A stretch of 46,272 bases of DNA from Candidatus Thorarchaeota archaeon (GCA_048882045.1 JBHLRZ010000004.1:1-46272); one strand, 5' to 3'. Numbered from the stretch's first letter, positions 24,074 through 34,223 are shown. Notes: generated by a model from the sequence alone, not told the origin. Translations and numbers: made by a program.

Positions 24074-24946
24074 CTAGGCGACCTCCTTCTGTGCTTTGTC
24101 TTTCAGAACCGCTCCATCATGCTTACACTTATGGAGCTGAAATGCCAGATTCTCCTCTGGAACATACGCTCGTTTCCTAGCAAAGACCAAGTCCCAGTCC
24201 ACTTCGTGTGCATTAAAGTCAGGTCCGTCAACACAGGCAAATCTAGTTTCTCCACCGACTATTACTCTACAGACTCCACACATTCCCGTCCCATCTAACA
24301 TGAGAACGTTCAAGGCTGCCACGGTTGCTATTCCATGTGGTTTGGTCCCATTACTCGACACCATCATCATGTATGTGCACCCAACAAAGTGCGCATGGTC
24401 AATCTTTCCCTCTTTCTCTAGAATAACTGGAAGGGCTTCCTTGACATGTCCCTTGATTCCTCGAGAGCCATCGCCTGTCACTATATAGAGTTCATCCACA
24501 ACTTCTCGGAGCTTGTCCTCGTTGTAGACGATGTATCCTGTTCGGGCCTCCATCAATCCAATGACACGGTTTCCAGCTTCCTTGAATGCTTTGGCTAGTG
24601 GATATATTGCTCCAAGACCGTAACAACCTCCACCAAGAAGGACTGTACCCCATTTCTCAATCACTGTTGGTCTACCAAGAGGTCCTACCAGAGTGAAGAC
24701 CGATTCACCTGGCTTCATCCTGGAGAGTTTCATCGTTGAAACTCCAGCCTCAAGATAGTACACAGTTATTGTCCCGGCTTCAGCATCCCAGTCTGATAGT
24801 GTGAAGGGAATTCTCTCCCCGACCTCGTCAGGAATGATCATAATGAACTGACCTGGCTTTGCACGCTTTGCGATGATTGGCGCTTCCAAGACTAGATGAT
24901 ATGTATTAGGAACAATCTCCTCGTTCACTAGAATCTTGCCACTCAT
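24074..24946 (-). CDS. nfnA: NfnA/SudB (PyrK-like) small subunit
   Basis: PGQF, ERIPFT, GPLG, DGTGMCGVCRV...CVDGPDF [2Fe-2S] motif with Asp ligand. Confidence 0.85.
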   Translation of the reverse strand: MSGKILVNEEIVPNTYHLVLEAPIIAKRAKPGQFIMIIPDEVGERIPFTLSDWDAEAGTITVYYLEAGVSTMKLSRMKPGESVFTLVGPLGRPTVIEKWGTVLLGGGCYGLGAIYPLAKAFKEAGNRVIGLMEARTGYIVYNEDKLREVVDELYIVTGDGSRGIKGHVKEALPVILEKEGKIDHAHFVGCTYMMMVSSNGTKPHGIATVAALNVLMLDGTGMCGVCRVIVGGETRFACVDGPDFNAHEVDWDLVFARKRAYVPEENLAFQLHKCKHDGAVLKDKAQKEVA

Positions 24947-27129
24947 TACGCTACCTCCTTCGCTTTCTCTAACCTCTTAACAAGTTCATCCAATGTTTCC
25001 TTAGATACGGGTTTATCGCGCTCAGACAATGCTTCTACAAAAGTTTCCAAATCTTGGATTCGTTCAGGTATGGTTGCACCCCGATATCTGGGATACCAAT
25101 CATGCTTTCCTTTTGGTGCGGGTTTCCAGGATGCTCTTCTCCATTTTCCTCCGGTCTTGATATCACGTTTGAAAGCGGACAACTCCTTCCAGATTTCATC
25201 GACCTTCTTATACTCGAATCCGTTACTCCCGATCTTCTTGCCAATCTCTGCTAGAATCTCCCAATCTGGTCTTGCAAGACCTGGAGGTTTCACAGTTGCT
25301 TTCATCTTGAGTGGGAGCATCTCTAGGTTCACAAATGTGCCATCTTCCTCAACAAAAGTAGTTGAGGGCAGGATTACAGAGGCGAGAGTTACCCAATCTG
25401 ATGGATAAGGTGATTGATAGATTATTTTTGGAACCTTCTCAAATCCTTCTACACCAATTGAGCCATCCAGTACATATAGAACCTCTAACTTACCTTTCTG
25501 TGCCTTTTCGCGCATCTCCACTATGTTTAGACCAGAAAACTTTCCATTACTTGTTGAGGGTCCGGGCAGCATATCAGTTCGCAGTCCAGCTTTCATTACA
25601 CCAGCTTCATTGCCAAGAGGGAACATTGGGATTAGGACACCGTCTTTCCCAGCAAGCTTTGAAAGCGTGCGGAGAACTTCTTCTGGCTGCTGGAGTTCAA
25701 GAATCTCTGGTCCCACCAAGATTGCTCCGATTCCCTCTTTGGTCATTCCAGCTAGTGTGGAGAAGATATTCTTTGGTGGTACTGGTAGGTATTCTGTTGC
25801 CCATCGTCGCAGGTTGGCTCCTGCTTCACCAACGACAGTGAGGGGCACTCCTCTTTTCACTTCATTGTAGACAACTTTGGCAACAACTTGGTGCGTCTTG
25901 ACAAAGTCACTTCCAACAGATAGAATCCAATCAACATTCTCCAAACTTTCTAGACTCTTGATTCTAGCAAAATCCTGATCGCTTGCCAACTCAGTGTGAA
26001 TGAGGGCTGGAAAATCTGAACCCTGAAAGTCAACATTAGCACTCTTGACTGCATTACGTGCTAGCTTCTGGAGCAAATAAGCAGACTCAGAGCTCATCTG
26101 TGGACTTCCTAAGAATCCTACATTCTCAGGATTAGCTTCAATCAATATCTTCGTTACTTCAGATATTGCATCATCCCAAGATACTGGGACTTCCTCTTCA
26201 TTTTGATTGACTTGTGGTGTCTTGAGTCGGTCTGGAGCATTATTTGTGGAAGGGATACAGAAGCGTCCCAAAACGCATAGATGGCCATGGTTTGGATTGG
26301 AATCCCTTCTTCCTGGGCTCGATCCCATTACACGCTCCCATTTGACATCCATCTGTACTTGGCAACCAACTCCACAGAGTGCACAAGTCGTTTCTATTGA
26401 TTCGTCTGGAGTGCCAATCCACTTTGACATTCTAGGAGTTAGAGCTCCAGTAGGACAGACATCCACACAGGCACCACAAAACCAACAACCGCTCTCAATA
26501 TGGGAGTTTCCAAATGCTGTATCAACCCTTGTACCGTGCCCTCTATTGGTAAATGTGATTGCGCTTGTTCCACGAACCTCATCACAGACTCTTACGCATC
26601 GCGCACAGAGAATACAGAGGTTATAGTCGCGATCAAAGAATGGGTCCTCTCTCTCTATTGGTATACTCTTGTACTCTGGTTCGTAATCTAGATCCTTTGT
26701 GTCAAGAAGCTCTGCAACCTCACGTAGTTCACAGATCTCTCTATTCGGGCATGTGTTGCATCCAGTCACCGAACCTGCCCTATGAATTTCAGTCCTGTAT
26801 TCTAAACAGCCCGGCCACTCATAACAGACAATGCAGGCACTGGGATGTTCTCTCAGAATCAACTGCAAGATATTACGCTTCATCTTGATCAGACTGTCTG
26901 ATGTTGATTTGATTACCATGCCTTCCTTTGGTTGTGTTGTGCAGGATGCCGCATACCCCTTCCAACCTTCAATTTCTATTAGACATAATCGACAGCCTCC
27001 ATATGCTTCCAGTTCAGGATGGTCACAGAGAGTTGGAATCTGTATCCCCGCGGAACGAGCAACGTCTAGAACGGATTGGGCATCATCGTTAAATTGAATC
27101 TTCTTTCCGTCGATGGTAAGTGTTGGCAT
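24946..27129 (-). CDS. NuoG-like / FdhA-like multi-FeS subunit lacking a catalytic Mo-ligand Cys
   Basis: IPTLC...CRLC...SC [2Fe-2S], HPSACIVC, CILCARCVRVC and CWFCGACVDVCP, TCALCGVGC...HLC. The molybdopterin-fold remainder is shortened, with NVDFQGSDF where Fdh has NVDHCARLC/U. Confidence 0.8.
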   Translation of the reverse strand: MPTLTIDGKKIQFNDDAQSVLDVARSAGIQIPTLCDHPELEAYGGCRLCLIEIEGWKGYAASCTTQPKEGMVIKSTSDSLIKMKRNILQLILREHPSACIVCYEWPGCLEYRTEIHRAGSVTGCNTCPNREICELREVAELLDTKDLDYEPEYKSIPIEREDPFFDRDYNLCILCARCVRVCDEVRGTSAITFTNRGHGTRVDTAFGNSHIESGCWFCGACVDVCPTGALTPRMSKWIGTPDESIETTCALCGVGCQVQMDVKWERVMGSSPGRRDSNPNHGHLCVLGRFCIPSTNNAPDRLKTPQVNQNEEEVPVSWDDAISEVTKILIEANPENVGFLGSPQMSSESAYLLQKLARNAVKSANVDFQGSDFPALIHTELASDQDFARIKSLESLENVDWILSVGSDFVKTHQVVAKVVYNEVKRGVPLTVVGEAGANLRRWATEYLPVPPKNIFSTLAGMTKEGIGAILVGPEILELQQPEEVLRTLSKLAGKDGVLIPMFPLGNEAGVMKAGLRTDMLPGPSTSNGKFSGLNIVEMREKAQKGKLEVLYVLDGSIGVEGFEKVPKIIYQSPYPSDWVTLASVILPSTTFVEEDGTFVNLEMLPLKMKATVKPPGLARPDWEILAEIGKKIGSNGFEYKKVDEIWKELSAFKRDIKTGGKWRRASWKPAPKGKHDWYPRYRGATIPERIQDLETFVEALSERDKPVSKETLDELVKRLEKAKEVA

Positions 27130-28958
27130 TACTTGGCACCTCCCTTTTCGAACGCAGATTTTTTAATCACTGAAGATGCCTTGGGTGGACAAACCTCAAA
27201 ACAGGCTCCACATTTGATACACAGGTTCTGGTCGATGACATGAACAACATCTTTCTCCCCAGAAATCGCACTGGCTGGGCAGATCCGTTTACATGCTCCA
27301 CAAGCAATACAGGTCTTCTCATCAATCTCATACCTGATGAGGTCTTTACAGACCATGGCTCTGCATTTCTTTTCATTGATGTGTTCTTCATACTCGTGTC
27401 TGAAGTATCTAAGAGTTGTAAGCACTGGATTAGGCGCAGTTTGTCCTAAGCCACAAAGTGAGCCATCCCTGACAGTCTTCGCTAGTTCCTCGAGTGCTTC
27501 GATATCTCTTGGTTCTCCGTTACCTGCTTTGATCTTGTCAAGTATCTCTAGCATTTGCAGTGTTCCGATTCTACAAGGAGCACATTTCCCGCATGACTCC
27601 TCCTGTGCAAAAGAAAGGAAGAATCGAGCCACATCGACCATGCATGTTGTTTCATCCATCACAATCATGCCGCCGGAACCCATTATTGTTCCAGCTTTAG
27701 TCAAAGAATCATAATCTACATCGAGGTCAATCATCTCAGCAGGCACACAACCTCCTGAGGGTCCTCCTGTTTGGACTGCCTTGAATTCTGCATCATCTTG
27801 AATTCCACCTCCAATATCATAGATGATTGTCCGAAGAGTAACTCCCATTGGTACTTCAACAAGTCCAGAATTTTCTACCTTTCCTGTCAAAGCAAAAACA
27901 GCTGTACCTTTACTCTTTTCAGAACCGATTGAGGCAAACCATTTCGCACCTTTTCTTAGAATGTGAGATGTTGAAGCAAGTGACTTGGTATTGTTGAGAA
28001 CTGTTGGCTTGCCCCATAGTCCACTCTCAGTTGGATACGGAGGGCGTGGTCGGGGCATACCTCGTTTGCCCTCGATAGATGCCAGAAGTGCAGTTTCTTC
28101 ACCACATACAAAAGCACCAGCACCTTCTTTCACATGAATTCTAACACTGAAATCAGTTCCCAGAATATTCTCTCCAACATACCCCCGCTCAGTTGCTACC
28201 TCCAAAGCTTTTCTGAATCTCTTGACTGCCAGTGGGTATTCATGACGAACATAAATGAAACCATCACTGGCACTTATCGCGTAACAAGCTATCAGTATGC
28301 CTTCCAACACACTATGCGGGTCGGCTTCCAGCAACGACCTATCCATGAAGGCTCCAGGATCTCCTTCATCAGCATTACATACCACATATTTCTGATTTCC
28401 TGGTGCTCCTCTTCCAAGTTTCCATTTCAACCCTGTTGGAAATCCTGCACCGCCTCTACCTCGCAATCCAGAATCAAGTACTTCCTGAATGACTTCATCA
28501 GGAGTCATCTCAGTAATTGCCCTCTTGAGACCGTCGTATCCTCCTCGACTCAGATAGTCATCTATGTTTTCAGGATCAATCTCACCGCAGTTCTTGAGAA
28601 TAATTCTGTGTTGGTGTGAATAGAATGGTATATCATCATATTTCGGAATCTTCTCGCCTGTGTTTGGTTCGACATAGTATAGGTCTTCGACAGGTTCTCC
28701 CTTTCCAATATGGGACTGGATTATTTTGGGGATATCGGTGTCCTTGACCATGGCATAAAACGTGCCTTCGGGTTCCACGGCGACAATAGGACCTTGTTGA
28801 CAGAATCCATGGCATCCAGTCTTCTTTATGATGACCTTATCTTCCAACCCTTGTTTCTTTATTTCATCTAATAGCATGCCATGGAGAATTTCAGACTTTG
28901 ATGACTCGCATCCTGTTCCACGGCATATGAACAGAGTTCTCTTATCTTCGACAGTCAT
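27129..28958 (-). CDS. NuoF/HydB-like FMN/NADH-binding subunit (bifurcating-type architecture)
   Basis: N-terminal thioredoxin-like [2Fe-2S] domain, LRGRGGAGFPTG, NADEGDPGAFMD, GGPSGG, ESCGKCAPCR, C-terminal 2x[4Fe-4S]. Confidence 0.9.
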   Translation of the reverse strand: MTVEDKRTLFICRGTGCESSKSEILHGMLLDEIKKQGLEDKVIIKKTGCHGFCQQGPIVAVEPEGTFYAMVKDTDIPKIIQSHIGKGEPVEDLYYVEPNTGEKIPKYDDIPFYSHQHRIILKNCGEIDPENIDDYLSRGGYDGLKRAITEMTPDEVIQEVLDSGLRGRGGAGFPTGLKWKLGRGAPGNQKYVVCNADEGDPGAFMDRSLLEADPHSVLEGILIACYAISASDGFIYVRHEYPLAVKRFRKALEVATERGYVGENILGTDFSVRIHVKEGAGAFVCGEETALLASIEGKRGMPRPRPPYPTESGLWGKPTVLNNTKSLASTSHILRKGAKWFASIGSEKSKGTAVFALTGKVENSGLVEVPMGVTLRTIIYDIGGGIQDDAEFKAVQTGGPSGGCVPAEMIDLDVDYDSLTKAGTIMGSGGMIVMDETTCMVDVARFFLSFAQEESCGKCAPCRIGTLQMLEILDKIKAGNGEPRDIEALEELAKTVRDGSLCGLGQTAPNPVLTTLRYFRHEYEEHINEKKCRAMVCKDLIRYEIDEKTCIACGACKRICPASAISGEKDVVHVIDQNLCIKCGACFEVCPPKASSVIKKSAFEKGGAK

Positions 28959-29422
28959 TTGCTCTTCCCCTTCTCCTCCTCTTGGTCCTGCTTGTCGATC
29001 TGCACGAAGAGTCTCGATACCTTTCGTTGAGTCATTTTTCCATGCACTTCATCATCAACGACAGTTACTGGTGCCAGTGCACAACATCCAAGGCAGGCCA
29101 CTCGCTCAATGCTATATCTCCCGTCTTCGCTAGTTTCACCTGGTTGAATTCCCAATCTCTCCGTTGTTGCTGAAAGGAGTCTCTCTCCACCTTGAACGAA
29201 ACATGCAGTTCCCATGCACATCTTCACTTGGTGTTTTCCAGGTGGTGTGAATCTGAAATTCTTGTAGAAGGTAGCTACGCCATAGACGTCTTGCTCGCTG
29301 AGATGCATTTCCTCCGCAAGCTTCTGAACGGCTTCTTGAGGGATGTAACCCAGACGCAGCTGAATCTTTTGTAGAGATGAGATCAGCTCTGAAACAAGGG
29401 CTTCTCTAGAAGGCTCGAGCAT
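28955..29422 (-). CDS. NuoE/HydC-like [2Fe-2S] subunit
   Basis: VATFY, CMGTAC, CLGCCALAP. Confidence 0.9.
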   Translation of the reverse strand: MLEPSREALVSELISSLQKIQLRLGYIPQEAVQKLAEEMHLSEQDVYGVATFYKNFRFTPPGKHQVKMCMGTACFVQGGERLLSATTERLGIQPGETSEDGRYSIERVACLGCCALAPVTVVDDEVHGKMTQRKVSRLFVQIDKQDQEEEKGKSK

Positions 29423-29480
29423 GATTCCGGCTGCGCTTTTCCTTCCATTAAAAGGATTTGGAATGGGAATATTGAAAATG

Positions 29481-30155
29481 TTAGGGAGAGCTCAGAATGC
29501 AAAACAAGCTGGATGAGTCAATCTCCTGTATCTCATAGGTTGCTGATGCCTCTTCTGAGAATCGCTTGAAGTCTTCTTTTGAAACAGTAGTCGCTTTAAA
29601 CCCGTCCTTGCAGACGATTGTTCCATCTTTTGTCCTTGCCCAATCTATCTCCCCTAGGAGACCTTCATTTGCTTGAAGCTTGAACCACTCGAGCCTTTCT
29701 TTCCAGATCTTTTCTGAATATGTAGAGAATATACACATTCCTCCACTTCTTGCGATTCGCAGACTTTCTTTGAATAGGACCACTGGGTCCACCTTGAATG
29801 CAGAAATCCCATTCTGGATACAAATCACAACATCGACTGAATTGTCCCTTATTGCCGTAGTTCCTGCATTCATCTGAAGATACTGAATCCCTGCATATGT
29901 AGAATGCCTTTTCCATGCATATTGAAGGCTCTCAAATGCAGTGTCAATTCCAATAACATTGGGTGATACCTTAAGCAGCTCTGGGAATATTCTTCCATAT
30001 CCACATCCCAATTCCAAAAGCAGGTCAGATGGTTTCAGTTTGCTCACTACATAGTCAATCTCAGCCTCAAGGTATTGAATAATACGAGGTGGGGCAATTT
30101 CATAACATCTTTCCAAGTTTAGTGCAGAGAGTTTTTCGGTGTAATAACTAGTCAT
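29481..30155 (-). CDS. Class I SAM-dependent methyltransferase
   Basis: LLELGCGYGR motif I, GID, DNSVDVV. Confidence 0.85.
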   Translation of the reverse strand: MTSYYTEKLSALNLERCYEIAPPRIIQYLEAEIDYVVSKLKPSDLLLELGCGYGRIFPELLKVSPNVIGIDTAFESLQYAWKRHSTYAGIQYLQMNAGTTAIRDNSVDVVICIQNGISAFKVDPVVLFKESLRIARSGGMCIFSTYSEKIWKERLEWFKLQANEGLLGEIDWARTKDGTIVCKDGFKATTVSKEDFKRFSEEASATYEIQEIDSSSLFCILSSP

Positions 30156-30266
30156 CTCAGCTTCGGATTCTGGTATTACTTGAGTTCGAATGAATCTTGC
30201 GAATATTCCTTCAAGAAGTGAATTGATATAGGGGCGCAGACTGTTCTAGGATGAGAGTGAGTAATA

Positions 30267-31784
30267 ATGGACACAAACCCCATCTCCACTGAAGACATGC
30301 GAATTCTCGAGCTGAATGCAGAGTATCTTGGAGTTACTCATAGCACACTCATGCTCAATGCTGGACGAGAGGTAGCGAGAGTCATAACTGATACCTACGA
30401 TGTTAAGGAAAAACACGTGGTCATTCTCTGCGGACTTGGTGGAAATGGTGGGGATGGGATTGTCGCTGCTCGGTATCTCGACGAGATAGGCGCAGATGTT
30501 GATGTGTTTCTCCTCGGTCCTGAAATCAAGATTAAGAATACTGATACTCTGGCGAATTGGGAGATTCTGAAAAATCTCCTTGGAATAACAAGTCTAGAGT
30601 TAGTCACTGAAACAGATGTCAAATCATGCAAAGCTATCGGTGATGCAGATGTTCTCGTTGACGGGATTATGGGTTTTGGTCTCAGGTCAAAACTAAGAGA
30701 ACCTCTTCTCACTGCTGTGAAGATGATCAACAAGTCATCAGCAGCCAAGTACTCCATTGACATTCCAAGTGGTATTGATTCTGAAACCGGTAAAGTACAT
30801 GGGGTTGCTGTCAAAGCTGATCACACCATAGCCCTACATGCTCCTAAGGTCGGAATGACAAAGAATCCTGAATATGCTGGAAAAGTACACGTGGTTTCGA
30901 TTGGAATACCAAAGGAAACTTCTTTCATCGTTGGTCCAGGGGATCTTAGACGTTTTGATCAACCTCGCCCTCTCTATTCTAGGAAAGGTGATTTTGGTAA
31001 GATCCTTATCGTGGGCGGAAGTGATGTTTACTCAGGAGCTCCAGCTCTTTCTGGAATGGCAGCATTACGTACAGGAGCAGATCTTGTTAGTATCCTTGCT
31101 CCAGAACCTGTCGTTCCTGCTATACGAGCATATAGTCCAAACCTTATGGTGGCAAGCCTAGGCACTCAGATACTTACATCTGAATCAATAGACCAAGTAT
31201 TAGACTATGCTTCTCAAAATGATGTCGTAGCCCTCGGTCCTGGACTAGGGGTCGATCAACAGACCCGACTTGCAGTCCTGACCATCGTTGAGCAACTTAT
31301 GAAGAAAAAGAACTCTCTTGTAATCGATGCAGATGGTCTCAAAGCGATAGCAGCGTCAAGTATTCTGCTTGATCCTGAAAGGTGTGTACTCACTCCTCAT
31401 TGGGGAGAGCTTGAGATTCTAATGGGTCAAAAACTGGGTGATGCACTTTCTTTGCAGAACCGGATTGACCAAGCCCGATCATGTGCAAGAAAATACAACT
31501 CAGTTATTCTTCTCAAAGGTCCTGTTGATGTAATTGCTCATCCTGAAGGCATGTTCAAGCTCAATCGAGAGGGTGCACCTGCAATGACTGTAGGCGGCAC
31601 AGGCGATGTTCTTACTGGAATCACAGCGGGACTCCTTGGTCAACATGGAACTGCGTTTCAGGTTGCAACTGCTGCAGCATTCATCAGTGGTAATGCTGGA
31701 GAACTTGCATTCGATCAACGTGGGGACCATATAGTAGCAACAGATTGCATCGAGAACATCCATCGTGTATTTGACCAGTGGTAG
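30267..31784 (+). CDS. nnr: Bifunctional NAD(P)H-hydrate epimerase/dehydratase
   Basis: YjeF_N GxGGNGGDG, DIPSG; kinase-like domain KGDFG, GPGLG, DADGL, TPHWGE, GGTGDVLTG. Confidence 0.92.
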   Translation: MDTNPISTEDMRILELNAEYLGVTHSTLMLNAGREVARVITDTYDVKEKHVVILCGLGGNGGDGIVAARYLDEIGADVDVFLLGPEIKIKNTDTLANWEILKNLLGITSLELVTETDVKSCKAIGDADVLVDGIMGFGLRSKLREPLLTAVKMINKSSAAKYSIDIPSGIDSETGKVHGVAVKADHTIALHAPKVGMTKNPEYAGKVHVVSIGIPKETSFIVGPGDLRRFDQPRPLYSRKGDFGKILIVGGSDVYSGAPALSGMAALRTGADLVSILAPEPVVPAIRAYSPNLMVASLGTQILTSESIDQVLDYASQNDVVALGPGLGVDQQTRLAVLTIVEQLMKKKNSLVIDADGLKAIAASSILLDPERCVLTPHWGELEILMGQKLGDALSLQNRIDQARSCARKYNSVILLKGPVDVIAHPEGMFKLNREGAPAMTVGGTGDVLTGITAGLLGQHGTAFQVATAAAFISGNAGELAFDQRGDHIVATDCIENIHRVFDQW

Positions 31785-31798
31785 GACAACATATCCTA

Positions 31799-32788
31799 CT
31801 ACTTGATGATTGGCATCTGTTCCAGTAAATGCCTCGCTAATTCTTTGTTTTCTTCATTCACTGGAATCCAAACTATCCCCACATCTGGCTGACCATAGAG
31901 GACTGCAGACCCATTCGGAGCAAGAAGAACAGCAGGAAATCCCATAAGATCCTCTTCACCATCCACTATGACCAACGACTTCTTTGAATCATGGATTGCA
32001 GTATCAATCACCGACCATGCTTCTGGGTAGATTACTGCCGCAGGATTGTAGAACATGTATTCCTTCGCAGATGAAAACTCCTCTCCATATGGTCCTCTCT
32101 TCGTAATACCATCAACAATCATCACATCTGGTGTAAAACCCTCTCTCAGTATCGTGTGTGAGGTCACATCTCCAACAGCTACAACCACAGTAGGTGATTC
32201 TATTTTGATTCGTTCAACAACAGACTTCTCTGGTGGTCCTGCCTTTGAGTTGTATACCTCTCCCTTTGGTGTCTTTAATCCCGATCTACCTTCAATCTGA
32301 AGTAATCTGGGTGGTTCACTAGTACCACGTAGGCGACGACCTTGCCGGTCGACCTCTCCAAGTCTGATCTTTGCTGACGATAGTTTGTCTCCGTCATTTG
32401 TTCGAACAGGTTTCAAGAATTCTATATGATCTTTCACACCAAGCTTCTTCTTTCTCTTCGCAAGAGCTCCTGATTTGATCTCAGTACAACACGGTCCTTC
32501 GTACATGAGGAAGGTTGTGTCACCTTTGATTGCCATTAAGTCATCAATCTTTGTGACAGCTCTTGTTTCAATCACATCACTCAATCCAATCTCGCTGACG
32601 TACTTCTCCAATTTCATCAGACGATAATCGACTGGTTGAATCAAGGCTGCTAGCTCGAGACCTGAACCGACAAGTTCACCTGCAGTCACACATGCTCTTG
32701 GCTCTGCCATCTCTGCAAGTCTGTCGATCATCACCTTGTGTCCGAGATGAAGACGATCGAATAGGTTCAAAGCCCAAGTTCCAGCCAT
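31799..32788 (-). CDS. Phosphopantetheine adenylyltransferase fused to DUF359 GTP-dependent dephospho-CoA kinase
   Basis: FDRLHLGH (HxGH) and KLSSAKIR, then VGDVT, DGITKR, NPAA, GEEDL, YGQP. ATG at 32788 preferred as start. Confidence 0.8.
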   Translation of the reverse strand: MAGTWALNLFDRLHLGHKVMIDRLAEMAEPRACVTAGELVGSGLELAALIQPVDYRLMKLEKYVSEIGLSDVIETRAVTKIDDLMAIKGDTTFLMYEGPCCTEIKSGALAKRKKKLGVKDHIEFLKPVRTNDGDKLSSAKIRLGEVDRQGRRLRGTSEPPRLLQIEGRSGLKTPKGEVYNSKAGPPEKSVVERIKIESPTVVVAVGDVTSHTILREGFTPDVMIVDGITKRGPYGEEFSSAKEYMFYNPAAVIYPEAWSVIDTAIHDSKKSLVIVDGEEDLMGFPAVLLAPNGSAVLYGQPDVGIVWIPVNEENKELARHLLEQMPIIK

Positions 32789-32866
32789 TAATTTCTCACA
32801 CGCGTCTTTCAACAATTAGAACACTTAATATCATCGAATGACTCTATTCAGGTATCAAACTGACAA

Positions 32867-33571
32867 GTGGAAAAGGTGAGAATTCTAGCAACAGCGGATG
32901 TTCATAGCCCGAGATTTCTGGATGAGTTCAAAGGAAGTCTTTCCTCACATGAGCCGCCAGATGTGTTTTTGTTTGCAGGGGACATGATTAATCGCGGAAG
33001 TGCAGTGGAATATGGTAGTATACTAGATATTTTAGAGGACTCTCTTGGAGATTCATTTCCTGTAATTGGTTGTTTTGGAAATGAGGAGTACAGTGAGGTC
33101 CGAAAGGAAATTGTGTCCATCGTTGGTGATAGAATGCTCTTTCTTGATGAGAAGTCAACCATCGTCGAATCAGATGGTCTCAAGATTGGTATTGTAGGTA
33201 CACAAGGGTCTCTGGACAAGGCTACTAGTTGGCAACGAAGGAATATTCCTAGTGTGAAGGGTGTATTTGAGAGGCGAGCAAGAAGAGCTGAGTCTCTCTT
33301 GAAGAAGATGGACAAAAAGGTCGATCATACGATACTCCTGATGCACTACAGTCCCTGCCTTGAAACCTGCGAGGGGGAGGATGATAGAGCATTCTCTTGG
33401 CTTGGAAGCAGGAAGTTCTACAAGATTGTGATGAAGCAACAACCTGATCTTGTAGTCCACGGTCATGTCCATAACTCAACTCGTCATGAAGCAAAGATTG
33501 GGAATACAGTTGTTCGGAATGTTTCACTTCCTGCTGTAGGTTCAATTGCAGCATTAGATCTCTGGAATTGA
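32867..33571 (+). CDS. Calcineurin-like metallophosphoesterase (Icc-like), copy 1
   Basis: ADVH, AGD, GNEE, HYSP, HGHVH. Confidence 0.88.
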   Translation: MEKVRILATADVHSPRFLDEFKGSLSSHEPPDVFLFAGDMINRGSAVEYGSILDILEDSLGDSFPVIGCFGNEEYSEVRKEIVSIVGDRMLFLDEKSTIVESDGLKIGIVGTQGSLDKATSWQRRNIPSVKGVFERRARRAESLLKKMDKKVDHTILLMHYSPCLETCEGEDDRAFSWLGSRKFYKIVMKQQPDLVVHGHVHNSTRHEAKIGNTVVRNVSLPAVGSIAALDLWN

Positions 33572-34221
33572 GAGCAGTGATTATTGCGGCTGTTGCAGAT
33601 GTTCATAGTCCTCGATATTTTGTCGAGTTTGTAACATCACTTGGCAAGTTTTCCCAACCAGATCTTTTTCTTCTGGCTGGAGATATTATAAATCGAGGAA
33701 GTGTTGAGGAATATCCCATTGTAGTAGATGCTATTGATCGTTTCTTCGGAGAAATTCCCATTGTTGCCTGTTTTGGTAATGAGGAATATGCTGAATCTAG
33801 AGACGAAATCACCTCTCTCGTTGGAAATAGAGTCCACTTTCTTGATGCCTCCACAGCTACGTTGAATTTGGCAGGGAACCGACTCGGAATCGTCGGAGCT
33901 TCTGCACTCCTCGAGAGTTCTGATGATATTTCAGATATTAGGACCTTCTTTGAGAATCGTGCAAATAGGATTACAAAACTACTCAGACAAGTCCACAGAG
34001 AATCCCGAAATGTTATACTTCTGATGCACTACAGTCCATTGGAAGAAGATAATCATTCGTTCTCTTGGTGGGTCGCAAGAGCAATCAAGAATGTAGAACC
34101 AAATATCATCGTACATGGACATGTGCATAGTCCATTTGAATTGGAACTGCTGATAGGGTCAACCACGGTACACAACGTAGCCCTGCCAGCAGTCGGTTCA
34201 ATTACTGAACTATTTCTTTAA
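33568..34221 (+). CDS. Calcineurin-like metallophosphoesterase, copy 2
   Basis: Same motifs; tandem paralog overlapping the previous stop codon. Confidence 0.85.
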   Translation: MRAVIIAAVADVHSPRYFVEFVTSLGKFSQPDLFLLAGDIINRGSVEEYPIVVDAIDRFFGEIPIVACFGNEEYAESRDEITSLVGNRVHFLDASTATLNLAGNRLGIVGASALLESSDDISDIRTFFENRANRITKLLRQVHRESRNVILLMHYSPLEEDNHSFSWWVARAIKNVEPNIIVHGHVHSPFELELLIGSTTVHNVALPAVGSITELFL

Positions 34222-34223
34222 GA

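Noticed and set aside
24946-27129. Formate dehydrogenase or [FeFe]-hydrogenase catalytic subunit, including Sec read-through
   Set aside because: No H-cluster motifs, no Cys or in-frame TGA at the Mo-ligand position, and the frame is uninterrupted.
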